From NCBI GenBank assembly GCA_001661245.1, contig KV454015.1:1217759-1269836 (forward strand): DNA of 52,078 bases. The letters run 5' to 3'. The notes under the pieces were generated by a model, which was given only the letters and a program-made list of their open reading frames with translations, ran no database searches and was not told where the DNA came from. This document shows, piece after piece, positions 25,529 to 36,473 of this stretch (position 1 is the first letter of the stretch; the number at the start of each line of letters is the position of its first letter). The DNA comes from Pachysolen tannophilus NRRL Y-2460 (Eukaryota). The position numbers and the translations under genes were made by a program.

Positions 25529-26404
25529 TAGTCTCTATTTCTTATGTTCTGTGATGTTTTGTGTTTTTTTTTTTAATTATTTATTTTCTCGCTCTCTCTC
25601 TCTCGTAACCTTCTCTAAAACTCCTCTAATGATGAGATAAACAACTTCAACACTTCTAAAAGATCCGACTAATAAACTGCAAAGGGGAGAAATGAAAGAT
25701 TTATAAACCACTAATTGGCGAACTTTGAATTTTTCTTCTTGACTTTTTTTTTTTTTTTTTATTTTTTTTTTTTTTTACTCAATTTTTTGCACGATGCTGT
25801 TTGAACAGAAAACTAAGCAACAAAAATGGACTAAAATGTGTGGTGACTTTGGATGAGGTGGAGAAGAAACTGATGGGACAGAGATGGTACAGGGATGGAT
25901 TGGTTTATTGTGTTGTATAGGTATACAGGTTTATATGTATTGTTGAAATGAAGATTGGGTGCCTGGTTTTGATTTTCTTTTTTTATAGGACAGTGCAAGA
26001 CATGTGCTGTTTTGGGGTGTGCATTAGATTTAAAAGGAGATAATAGAGTTAATGGTGAGGAAGAGTTTTAATATTCTCATCATTATGAATGGTATGATAT
26101 TTATTGACGTTAATAAGGAATTTGATTACGAAGAGGGTATGCTTTTATTTGATTCAGTGAGAAAGATAGTTTTAAAATTATAAAATTTTGTAGAAAATAT
26201 GTCTGTATAGTATGCCTCTCTCTTTATGAACATTGGTTTATAACGTTTAATAACGTTTAATAACTACGAAGATATTTTAAAAAAGAATAAAAAATACTTT
26301 GTAATACCTTGTATATAAAATGCAACAATTTGGTTTTCAGAAACATGAAAGCAAAAAGAAAGAACAAAAAAAATAAAAATAAAAATGAAATCAGCAATTT
26401 AGCT

Positions 26405-29400
26405 TTACCTACCATTCACATCTTCTAAACCTTTAACCCTCTCCCTAATAATCTTTTCTATATCTTCATCATCATCCTCGGTGATCATTTCATGCTTAGT
26501 TTTGATTCTTAATTTCTTGGTAATGATATCTAATTTCCCCGAACGTTCATCACTATTGATGTCATTACCGTTATTACTCTTACCATTTTCATTTTGCTTT
26601 ATTCTTTTCCTAATCATCTTACCACTAGGTAAAATTTCAGTTTTGTAATTTGATTCGTTGGCAGAAGCTTTTTTAACAACTGATGGTGTACCAGCAGGTA
26701 ATTCAGTACTTGATGGTAAAGTTGTAGTTCTTTTCCTTTGATGCGTTGTACCTTTCTTAATAAAAGATTTAACTTTATAAAATCTTCTCTTTTTAACACT
26801 CATATTTTCTAAATCCAGGTCCAAAAGTTCTGATTCATGTGGCCAAGTCCATCCTTGTTTCATTTGTTCAAATGCTTCAATTTCACAATTTTTCCTAAAT
26901 TCATAATCATTCTCCAAGATTTGAAAATCATCAGTCATTGTTGGAAAAATTTCTTTTCTAATACTTTGAATTACAAGATCATATAATATACCAACTACCA
27001 TGATAATTAATAAAGCAGCCCACCAAGTATAATCTCTACCAAAATGATGATAAAATCCTGATCTAACATAATAAATTTTGGAATTTTTATCCCCATATAA
27101 TGCTGGTAAAAATAAACACCAAACCATCCACCCAGCAACAGAAGTAAACCAACCAGCAAAATTTAATTTGGTTCTATTTTTCATTTCCAATACTTGACAT
27201 TTAGTATTAATAATAGTGACCAAGGAAGTGAAAGATAATACACATAATGCATATGTGGTATTATCATCAAGCGCAGTAAATCCATATAAATACCAACATA
27301 AAAATGAAACTATTACACTCTGTGATGCAGCAATAGACATCCAATAAATAAAAACTCCCAAGTTGAGACATTCTGACTTTCTTCCAATAATATATAATTC
27401 TGGGAAAGCTAATAACGTCGAAGCTCTCAAATCTTTCTCAAACATACCAATACATATAACAGGCAATGACGTAAATAATGTATTGAACATTGACAATGAC
27501 CATGACTCATATAACGAAGATCCAGTAAAAGCATCCTGTCTTTGATATAGGACCTGCGTAAGATAGAATAAAAGTTCTTTATAGAAAGTACACATGACAA
27601 ATTTGGATGTCCGAATATAGTTGTATCTTCCATGAACCAATAATAATTTTAATAAATATCTAAACTGTGCAATAGAGTAATCAGAAGATCTTGCTGCCTG
27701 CAATCCTTCTTTACCAGTAATACCGATACCAATGTCTGCACTTTGAATCATTGCAATATCGTTAGCCCCATCACCGATAGCTAACGTAACCTTTTCCTTA
27801 TTTTTCTTTCTGACTGATAACACCATATTTGCCTTTTGTGATGGAGATGCTCTGCAACAGACCACCGAATCAGCTTTAATACCCAATTCAACAAATAAAG
27901 TCATCAAAGTCATATCGCTTTCAATATCAGTTAAAGTGGCACCATCAATGACAACAACTGAATGCGCAACACTCCCAGCGTCAATCTCCAACGATACCGC
28001 CGTCATCTTCTCCGATAAACTGTCCACACCATCGTCATTAGATAGTACAACAACAGTGGAATAATCTTTAATAAGACTACAGGAATAACCGATGTTAATC
28101 GCTGTTTCTCTTTTGTCACCAGTTAACATCCACATTTTAATACCAGCGCGTCTTAATTTTTCAACAGTTTCAGCAACTCCAACTTGCAACTTATCTTCTA
28201 TGGCAGTAGCCCCTAATAACTCAAAATTAGTTTCAATAAGTTCTCCTGTTTCTTCAATTTTTTTATTTCTATCGACCAAGGCCATTTTAGCTTCTTTGTA
28301 TTTTCTTGTCCAATCTTCGTATTCATCTTTGTCAAGCCATTTGAAAGAATACAGTAAAGTTCTTAGTCCCTCGGTGGAAAAATCTTCAATGTGCTCTAAA
28401 GTTCTTTCCATAACATATTCTTCATTTAAAACTAGTCTGTCTGGAGGAATATAACTTTCAATAGAATTTAGGCTACCATTGTTGTTAGCTGTCATAATTC
28501 CATATTTTTTGGCTTGTTGTAAATGTAAAGACCTTTTAGAATTTTCTGCTATATTTTCTACTTCATCCGCTTGCTCTTCACCATTACGTAAATAGTTGTC
28601 AAATGAATTTGGACGTGAACCCAATTGTAATGAGGTCTTGTTATTATTACTATGAAAAGAGGTTTTGCCGTTTATCTGAAGACTGGGTCTACCGTTGATT
28701 TGAAGGCTTGGTCTCTTGAGTTGCAAACTTGGTCTATTGCGTAATTGAATACTACCAATACTTGAAATAGAAGCCCTCATCAGTTGTTGTTCCATGGACT
28801 TTCTTTGTAATATCAGATCGGCCTCTGCATTCTTACGCTCATTTGTTTGTTTGGATAACTCTCTTATCTTTTCCTTAGCCATATCGGCATTTTTTAATCT
28901 CTCTAAAATTACGTTATCAGCGCCTTTACAAAACAAACAAATTCTATTATCTGGAAACTTAAGAACAATCGACATTCTCTTCCTAGAAGATGAAAATTCA
29001 ATAATGTCCAATATCTGATAAACTTCTTTCACAGGGCTTGCATCAAAACCGTTTGGATAAGTCTTAATTGTTAGCATATCTTTGTTAAGATCATAAACCA
29101 CATATCCCATATCTCTGGCGGCAACAACTAGAGCTAATTCATCCTGGGATGCGGATTGATAATCAATTTCATCATCCGCAGAACCTTCTTCGGAATCTCT
29201 ATTGTCCTCTTCTACGTTTTTCTTAGCTTTTTTCGGTAAACAAGAATGACATAATGCTAACGACAAAAGAAAAAACTTAACTTTCTTACTGAAAATTGTT
29301 TGAGGATTTCTTTGAATATAACCTATCAATTCACGACTCGATTTGATTTCCTGTGGTTTTATTGGACTTGAATCTGATACTCTCTCACTGTCAGACTTCC

Positions 29401-31570
29401 CTGAGTTCGATATGGAAATACTCGGTTTGTCCAAGAGCTCAGAAATATTATTCTCTCTACTTTTATCTTCTAAAGACAATGAAGCCATGCTGGGTCTCCC
29501 TGTATATTTAGCCTTCCCATTTCCCGTGGAAATAACTGTATGCAAATTTACCTCTGCTTCGTTTTCATATTCAAAATCATTCCCATCGGGGCTGTCACTC
29601 TCATTCGATTGATTCATCAAAATATCTACATCATGCAACCAAGAAACTCCTGCAACACTAAATTTCCTGAAAAGCATCAAATTATCAGTTAAAGTACCTG
29701 TCTTATCTGAAAATACATAACTAACTTGTCCCAATTCTTCTAGAATGGTGGCAGTCCTTGCTTCTGCTGGTGTGTTTGATGGTTTATGATACATATCTAT
29801 ATCCCACTGCAATAATAATACTTGCATTACTTTGATAATTTCCATTGTAACATAAAGAGCTAAAGGAATTAATGTGTTGAAAATGATGATAAACCCCATC
29901 AAAGTTGCTGCCAAACCAGCATCTTGTTCACGTATGTACCATGCTGTATATTTTAATTTTTTATAATATAATTTTTCTCCCATTGTACAAAAAGCAGCAA
30001 GTAAAATAACCACACAAACCATAAAGATAACAATGTGGTTAATGACTTTTTGTAGTTTTGGGGCTTTTGCTCTTGGGTTTTTAACTGCATTCATTCTTAT
30101 TTTAGTTTCCTCACCAGTGAATACTACCAAGCCTATAATACATTCAGTATTCCTAATAATGGATCCTCTATAAATGACATTATTATTATCTAGAGCATAA
30201 GAATTTTTACCCTCTGATGTACGGATTTCTGCAAACCCTTCAAAATTGTATAAATCAATATTTGGGTCTTCCGTTATAATAGTTGCATCAATATTTTTCA
30301 AACCTTCGGAAGAACTACATATTTTTGATAATTCTGTCAGAGGAGATTTGCATTTTAAATTTGTTTCACCATCTAATGCCATTGTTTCAACGTATACATC
30401 ACCTGAATCACTATTGGAGGCTAGAAGAACCATATCTGCCGGAACCCAGTCATCTTCTTTTAATTTCACTATTTGACCAACTCTAATATTTTTCCACTCT
30501 GTGGTTTTCTCTACTATTCCTGCTTTATTTAATTTATCTAAATCGAGAAAAATATTCTCAGAACTATCAGAATCAGATAAACCATCACTTGAATTGGAAC
30601 CCAATACGGAATCAATATCATCAGCGTTAGATTGTAATTCCGAAGCGGAATTATAACTTCGCCTTATCTTATCATTACCATATAAGTGATTTTGATTTAC
30701 ACAGGTAGATGGTGTCATCAATGTTGTCAACTTATTATTTTCTTCTTTATCCTGAAGATGTCTTCTATAATCATCATATCCTTCTCTCAGCATTGAAATC
30801 AGCATGAATATCAAAAGCGGTATTATTGTAGTATAACTACCTGTAGTAGAAAGTCCTGGAATCATTTGTAAAATGGAGACAACCATGAAATAACAATTTG
30901 CAATTTTAGAAAATTGGAAATATAATTGTTTTGGGAAAAAAGTATATACATTGTATCTTGATGAAGTGACAACATTATCACAATATGCCTTGTTAGTCCG
31001 TTCATCTGTTAATAATTTATTGGAAAATTTATCAACAACATATGGTTCATGATAGTCTTCAAATAAACTTAAAGGAACTCTTCTACCGTTTTCCGAAGGT
31101 TTTATTTCTTTTATACCCAATAATTTATGATGAGTCTTTGTTACCATCGATCTTAAATGTTTCCTAAAACTTTTTCTAAATTTTTTTTCATTTATTAGTC
31201 CTTTTGAATATGTTAGACTTGTATATTCAGAATCAGTATTAGCTTTCAGGTCTTTAATATCATGATCCATATCTGGTTCATTTCTAAACAATTCAGAACC
31301 TTTCGAACTATGTGGCTCTTGCAATTTCGTTAGTTCAATGGCAACCGCTCCCAGATCCCCCAGATCATTATCTTCATTTTCATTGATAACTTTACTATTA
31401 TTTGAAGTTTCCACAGATTTGCTTAAAATTTGTGACCTCAAAGATAACCCTCTACGCCTTTTCTTCGTTGTCTTCGGCGGTTGTAACTGATTACTTGGAA
31501 AATTTAAATGATCCGAAAACGGATTATCCGAATAGCTCACCAGACCACCAGTGCTATTATTATTCTCCAT
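26405..31570 (-). CDS. DNF3: P4-ATPase phospholipid flippase
   Basis: LDGETNLK, FSDKTGTLT (phospho-Asp), CKGADN, EGLRTL, LTGDKRETA, IGDGAND. The CRASPSQKA and TGSYTTIIPL variants and MLH1/EAR1 linkage indicate Dnf3. Confidence 0.9.
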   Translation of the reverse strand: MENNNSTGGLVSYSDNPFSDHLNFPSNQLQPPKTTKKRRRGLSLRSQILSKSVETSNNSKVINENEDNDLGDLGAVAIELTKLQEPHSSKGSELFRNEPDMDHDIKDLKANTDSEYTSLTYSKGLINEKKFRKSFRKHLRSMVTKTHHKLLGIKEIKPSENGRRVPLSLFEDYHEPYVVDKFSNKLLTDERTNKAYCDNVVTSSRYNVYTFFPKQLYFQFSKIANCYFMVVSILQMIPGLSTTGSYTTIIPLLIFMLISMLREGYDDYRRHLQDKEENNKLTTLMTPSTCVNQNHLYGNDKIRRSYNSASELQSNADDIDSVLGSNSSDGLSDSDSSENIFLDLDKLNKAGIVEKTTEWKNIRVGQIVKLKEDDWVPADMVLLASNSDSGDVYVETMALDGETNLKCKSPLTELSKICSSSEGLKNIDATIITEDPNIDLYNFEGFAEIRTSEGKNSYALDNNNVIYRGSIIRNTECIIGLVVFTGEETKIRMNAVKNPRAKAPKLQKVINHIVIFMVCVVILLAAFCTMGEKLYYKKLKYTAWYIREQDAGLAATLMGFIIIFNTLIPLALYVTMEIIKVMQVLLLQWDIDMYHKPSNTPAEARTATILEELGQVSYVFSDKTGTLTDNLMLFRKFSVAGVSWLHDVDILMNQSNESDSPDGNDFEYENEAEVNLHTVISTGNGKAKYTGRPSMASLSLEDKSRENNISELLDKPSISISNSGKSDSERVSDSSPIKPQEIKSSRELIGYIQRNPQTIFSKKVKFFLLSLALCHSCLPKKAKKNVEEDNRDSEEGSADDEIDYQSASQDELALVVAARDMGYVVYDLNKDMLTIKTYPNGFDASPVKEVYQILDIIEFSSSRKRMSIVLKFPDNRICLFCKGADNVILERLKNADMAKEKIRELSKQTNERKNAEADLILQRKSMEQQLMRASISSIGSIQLRNRPSLQLKRPSLQINGRPSLQINGKTSFHSNNNKTSLQLGSRPNSFDNYLRNGEEQADEVENIAENSKRSLHLQQAKKYGIMTANNNGSLNSIESYIPPDRLVLNEEYVMERTLEHIEDFSTEGLRTLLYSFKWLDKDEYEDWTRKYKEAKMALVDRNKKIEETGELIETNFELLGATAIEDKLQVGVAETVEKLRRAGIKMWMLTGDKRETAINIGYSCSLIKDYSTVVVLSNDDGVDSLSEKMTAVSLEIDAGSVAHSVVVIDGATLTDIESDMTLMTLFVELGIKADSVVCCRASPSQKANMVLSVRKKNKEKVTLAIGDGANDIAMIQSADIGIGITGKEGLQAARSSDYSIAQFRYLLKLLLVHGRYNYIRTSKFVMCTFYKELLFYLTQVLYQRQDAFTGSSLYESWSLSMFNTLFTSLPVICIGMFEKDLRASTLLAFPELYIIGRKSECLNLGVFIYWMSIAASQSVIVSFLCWYLYGFTALDDNTTYALCVLSFTSLVTIINTKCQVLEMKNRTKLNFAGWFTSVAGWMVWCLFLPALYGDKNSKIYYVRSGFYHHFGRDYTWWAALLIIMVVGILYDLVIQSIRKEIFPTMTDDFQILENDYEFRKNCEIEAFEQMKQGWTWPHESELLDLDLENMSVKKRRFYKVKSFIKKGTTHQRKRTTTLPSSTELPAGTPSVVKKASANESNYKTEILPSGKMIRKRIKQNENGKSNNGNDINSDERSGKLDIITKKLRIKTKHEMITEDDDEDIEKIIRERVKGLEDVNGR

Positions 31571-32148
31571 TCTCCCAAATTATTTAACTGGAAAACTTGC
31601 GCATTTATAAAAATCGGGGAATTAAACAACAAAATTTTTTCCAATATTACTATAAAAAAAAAAAAAAAACTTCGAAGTCTTTTAAAATTTCTCCAATTTC
31701 CTGAGCCAATAAATATCTATTCAAGAAAACTAAAGCTCACAATAAACCGCTATCCAACTGTCCTCAAATACAATAGTTGGACACTAATTCAACCTTTTTT
31801 AAAAGTATTAAATACTTGGTATATTTATGTATTTTAGATTTTAGACGCTTATTACCTGATTTCTTGTGTTTCTTTTTCTAAGCGAACCGCCTAATAAAAC
31901 TTGCACGACATGAAATTGCAGTACAAATACAACTAATACAACTAAAATTATCAATTACTACCTACGGATGTTTTTATTTGAACTATATAAGAATATAAAG
32001 TAAGTAAGTAAGTAGTTAGTGATTAGTGACTGTTGTCCTCCCGGTTGCTCTTTTCAATGTTTTGTGTGTCCCTTCACCTTTCCGTTTCCAACCCAATCCT
32101 GTCCTGTCCAATTTTCTTTTTTTTTTTTTTTTTTTTTTTGGTTTTGGC

Positions 32149-33597
32149 CTAATCTTCATCATCGCTATTATCTTCTCCGTCTGCTGTATCTCCTTCGTCA
32201 TCCACGTCATTGTCTTCGATTCTTCCAAGATGCTCCAAGTCTCTTGAGCTTCCTTCGCGTATTTCGCCCGATAGTTCTTCTTCGTCACTTGTATATAGAG
32301 GTGGATCTCTAGGTAAACTGTTTAGAGTGTAATTTTCATCGCCGCCATTTTCGGTATCTGTGAAACTTGCCTTTGTTGCGTCCCAGAAATCTGGTGGGAA
32401 CTCTTCATCGCCGTCGCTGTACTCGCTACTACTCTCAAGCAACACGTCTTCGTTAAATGCCTTATACAGTGGTGGAGGTAAACCTTTACCTTCCAATGGA
32501 GCAAACCCCCATTTCTTGACATTACCTTCGATAAATACAAATCCAGCCTGACCCATATTGACATGAACGCAACATTTATTTGTTGAACCAATTGTGGGAT
32601 AAATCTTTGTTGGACGAAATCCCTTTATGTGACCTCCAATCTTGGATTCGGATAATTTTTTCCCATTTCTAGTGAAAAAAATTGTACCTGATTGAGTTCT
32701 ATATCCTATTCCTACAACATCTGCAACTTCAAGCTCAGGAAAAATTTTAAGCCCATTTTTATTTTCCAATTTAAAAGGTTGATTAAAACGCCTATCACCA
32801 TTTGAATCATATGCAATCGAAAACCGGTGTCTCCCGGGTAATCTGAAAAAAGGATATGGAGAGGTAGCAATACCTAATGATATTATTGTATTTTCTGGAT
32901 TTGGTAATGTATATATCTTGCATTCAAAATAATAAACATCATTAACTCTTGGTATTGGAATATTAGTTTGGATAGACAATTCTGATCCAGGTAATGTTTG
33001 ATTAAAATTTATTTCACTCTTATTTACAACTTGTATCTCTCTAAAAGCGTTGATATTTGGTTTAAATTCCCATGCAGATACTCCTTTCTCTTCTATAGAT
33101 AATGCTTGAGATAAAGTCAAATCTGATCTATCAATAGGATTTAACTTCATAAAATCTTTTGCCTGGAAATATAACTCTTGTTCATTTGGAGTCAACTCTA
33201 CCAATGCTCTATTATCTTCTTCTAGCATTGTTTGTTCATCATCAAAACTACCCGGTTCATCAGTAGTTAACGCTACTGGCTTAAATCTCGATATAATATC
33301 ATTTGCAACCGATATCATTCCAACTACAAGAGCAATGGCCATAACGCATGAGCATAAACTCAGTATAACTATTATTCCTGGTGGAATGAATAATACATCA
33401 TCATCATCATTATCATCATTATTATTACCTTTATTATTAATATAATTATTAATAACGTCCTCATATCCGTTTCCGTTTCCGTTCCCGCTCCAAAAGTATT
33501 CACGATTATCACTTATTAAAAACAGCACAGGAATAGCTGCAACTTTTTGGAATGATTTGCAAAAAATCAACCAATGTAATCCAAATCTAATCATCAT
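32149..33597 (-). CDS. EAR1: SPRY-domain membrane protein, Rsp5 adaptor (Ear1/Ssh4 family)
   Basis: Signal-like N-terminus, one TM helix, SPRY core (VYYFECKI, YPFFRLPGRH, DVVGIGYR..SGTIFFTRNGKKL, VHVNMGQAGFVFIEGNVKKWG) and two PPxY motifs (PPPLY, DPPLY). Linked to MLH1/DNF3 as EAR1 is in S. cerevisiae. Confidence 0.82.
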   Translation of the reverse strand: MMIRFGLHWLIFCKSFQKVAAIPVLFLISDNREYFWSGNGNGNGYEDVINNYINNKGNNNDDNDDDDVLFIPPGIIVILSLCSCVMAIALVVGMISVANDIISRFKPVALTTDEPGSFDDEQTMLEEDNRALVELTPNEQELYFQAKDFMKLNPIDRSDLTLSQALSIEEKGVSAWEFKPNINAFREIQVVNKSEINFNQTLPGSELSIQTNIPIPRVNDVYYFECKIYTLPNPENTIISLGIATSPYPFFRLPGRHRFSIAYDSNGDRRFNQPFKLENKNGLKIFPELEVADVVGIGYRTQSGTIFFTRNGKKLSESKIGGHIKGFRPTKIYPTIGSTNKCCVHVNMGQAGFVFIEGNVKKWGFAPLEGKGLPPPLYKAFNEDVLLESSSEYSDGDEEFPPDFWDATKASFTDTENGGDENYTLNSLPRDPPLYTSDEEELSGEIREGSSRDLEHLGRIEDNDVDDEGDTADGEDNSDDED

Positions 33598-34002
33598 TAA
33601 TACTGCTGACTATTATTATTATTATTATTATTATTATTTATCGTTATGAAAAATCAAAATGAAAAAAAGCAGAAAAAAAAAAAGAACACTTGATGCAAAA
33701 CTTCAATAAGCAAAATTTTAAATACAAATAAAATAACTAATTTCAGCTGTCAAATAAACCCACTGACTTTAAAATATCTATAACATTACAATAAAAGTTA
33801 AGTTTTTTTGACTTATATTTATCTTCTACCGTTATCTTCAAATTGAAGATGAATTATATTCTGTTTCTTTCTTTTCTAGTCACACTTCGATTACCTAAAA
33901 CGGTTGTTGATATTATGGTACACTACCTCCAGAACTCCCCCGAAGGAAGTAGAAGGTTGAAGATGAAATATAGTTTGGCAACTGGTGGTATAATAGTGGT
34001 AT

Positions 34003-36240
34003 TCAACATCTTTCAAATACTTTGTATAAACCTGGCAAGTTTGCTATTTCAACGACATCATTTGCCAAGGTGTTTGTAGCTAGGAGTCTTCTTTTAAGAG
34101 CTGGGAATAGTACATTTTCCATTGTATAGTGAAATTCTTTGAAAGTACTAGTTTCTGAATTTTTGTCAATTGGAAGAATTTCTGGGATGTAAAAAAGTGC
34201 GATTTGTTTTAATATTCCTTCAAAGCAAAGTTTTTCCTCTGTCCAGTGTACTTGTGTGCCTATTCTGTATAAGAACAATGGTAGCTTTGATAGAGGAGGT
34301 AGATAACCTTTTATTAACAATGGTACAGTTTTAATTTTAGGATCTTCTTTATCTTCATCATCAATCTCAATTGCAAAATATTCTTCCAACATTTCTTTCA
34401 TTTGTGTCATGGTATCAATCAACTTATCAATAGATATTTCCTTTCCAATCTCTAAACCTTGTAATAAGTTTTTGATCGATAGGCCATCCGAGTTTAAATA
34501 TATTTTACCAAAATTGCTGAAATCTGATAATCCAATTTGATAAAATAATTCATTCAAGACAGCGGCATAATCTACCAAGTACAATTTCACATCATACTGG
34601 ATAGCAGCTAATCTTCTTTGTGCGTCAACAACTCCAACGTACGTGTGTTTTGAGAAAATTTGAGTTAAATCTTTATGAATATTTGATTCCACTTCATCTC
34701 TTAAAGATAACACGCTACCTAATTTGACCTTGATCCTTTCCCTATTTACAGACTTGTACTCAATAGACGGCCCAGTGCTCCCAGTATTCCCAGTACTCCC
34801 ACTACTTCCACTACCCCCAGTTCCTCCAATTTCGTTTTGAATGGTTTCTTGTGCTTCGTCATTTTCATCGCTTTCTGCATTAATAATTTCGCCCGAACGA
34901 TTATTCTTACCGTTAATAAATGTAGTGATTTTAACTTGAGATGAATCAGTTCGAACTAATCTATTCTCTTGTCTCTTGACTTTCTGAGTCCAGCTATTGG
35001 AAGAAGGAGTATTGGAAACTGCAGTTTCAGAATTACTCTCATAATCTTCTTCTTCTCTAAATCTTTTGGCTCTAGGTAAAACTTGTTGAGTTAAAAAAGT
35101 CCTACTAGAATCTAAACTTGTTAATTTTTCTTGAACGATTGAAACAATATATTCAATGATTTCATCTTCAAACAAAAATCGTACTTCTCTCTTTGTTGGG
35201 TGAACATTCACATCAACATTTTTAGCATTAATTTCAAGCGCCAAATAAAGAAAAGGTTTATTTCCTTTAGGTAAAAAAACTGAATATAATTGATTAAGTG
35301 CTCTTTTAAGCGGATCACAAGAAACAAGCCTATTATTAATGAAAAAAACTTCGGTAGTTTTCTTTTGGCCATAGTTTGGATTTGTTATCTGAGCAAAACA
35401 TTGAACCAATCCAATGTCTTCATTAGGAAGAACCTGTATTTCAACCAACTCATTAGCAATGGCAGAACCATAAACTGCTCTTATTCTTTCCTTTATAGGT
35501 AGATCAGATCTGGTTGTCAAAGAATTATAAGATTCACCAAATTTTTTGCAGGAAAATCCTACATGCCCCGTATGAATAGCATATTTTCCTACAACTTCTA
35601 ATATCTTATGAAATTCTTCACTAGCTGATCTTAAAGCCCTTAGTCTAGAAGGAACATTATAAAACAAGTCTTCAACCAAAATTTGTGTTCCATTTTTCCC
35701 TGCAACCGCTTTTGGTTCAGACGATGTCTTTGGTTTCATAGGTATAAGTTTACCATCGGAATAAAAACATTTCCAAGCACAAGGTGACTTGTTTGTCTTC
35801 GTTGTCACTGTCAAATGAGATATATGTGAAATACTGGCAAGAGCCTCGCCTCTAAACCCATATGTGGCGATGGAATCTAAATCTTCAAATTTTTCCAATT
35901 TCGATGTTGTGAACCTTTCACAGAGTATAGGAAGATCATCTTTCTCAATACCATTACCATTATCCGTTATTTGTAACTGTTTCAATCCACCTTCTTTGAC
36001 AAGTACTTCTATCGAAGTTGATTTGGCATCAATTGAGTTCTCCAATATTTCTTTCAAAGCATTTGAAGGACCAATAATAATCTCACCAGCAGCTATTCTA
36101 TTCACTACAGATACATCAAGTGGCTAAAAAAACATCGCATAAAATATTAATTGAGTTAGTTTTCAAACCCTAGATATACAATATGGTTATACTAAACTTA
36201 CCCGTATTCTTGCTGGTTGCAAAACCTCTTCATTAGACAT
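34003..36240 (-). CDS. MLH1: DNA mismatch repair protein MutL homologue 1, one intron
   Basis: Exon 1 36240-36202 (MSNEEVLQPARIR). Intron 36201-36124 (GTAAGT...AACTAAC...TAG). Exon 2 36123-34003 (PLDVSVVNRIAAGE, GFRGEALASISH, DVNVHPTKREV, C-terminal FERC). Confidence 0.97.
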
Positions 36241-36341
36241 CTTGGATTCCGTTTGCTATTAAAACAAACCCAGTATTGTAAAAACCGTAAAAGATTAATT
36301 GTACTTAAGTTCTTTTGCTATAAACCGTTATTTAGAAATGT

Positions 36342-36347
36342 ACGCGT
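36342..36347. promoter_or_regulatory. MCB-like element ACGCGT ~100 bp upstream of MLH1
   Basis: Exact MluI hexamer in a very short AT-rich promoter of a DNA repair gene. Function inferred. Confidence 0.4.
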
Positions 36348-36473
36348 TAAGACAATTTTTTACTTTTTTGGTTTTTTGACTTTTTAAGAAATCATAATTA
36401 CAACAACAATTTAAGTGATAAATACATTGCAAAAGAGTCGATTAACTAACTATATACACAAAGAGAAATTAAT

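Noticed and set aside
34770..34830. 9-nt repeats encoding GGTGGSGSSGSTGNTGSTG in MLH1
   Set aside because: Ordinary low-complexity expansion in the disordered MutL linker.
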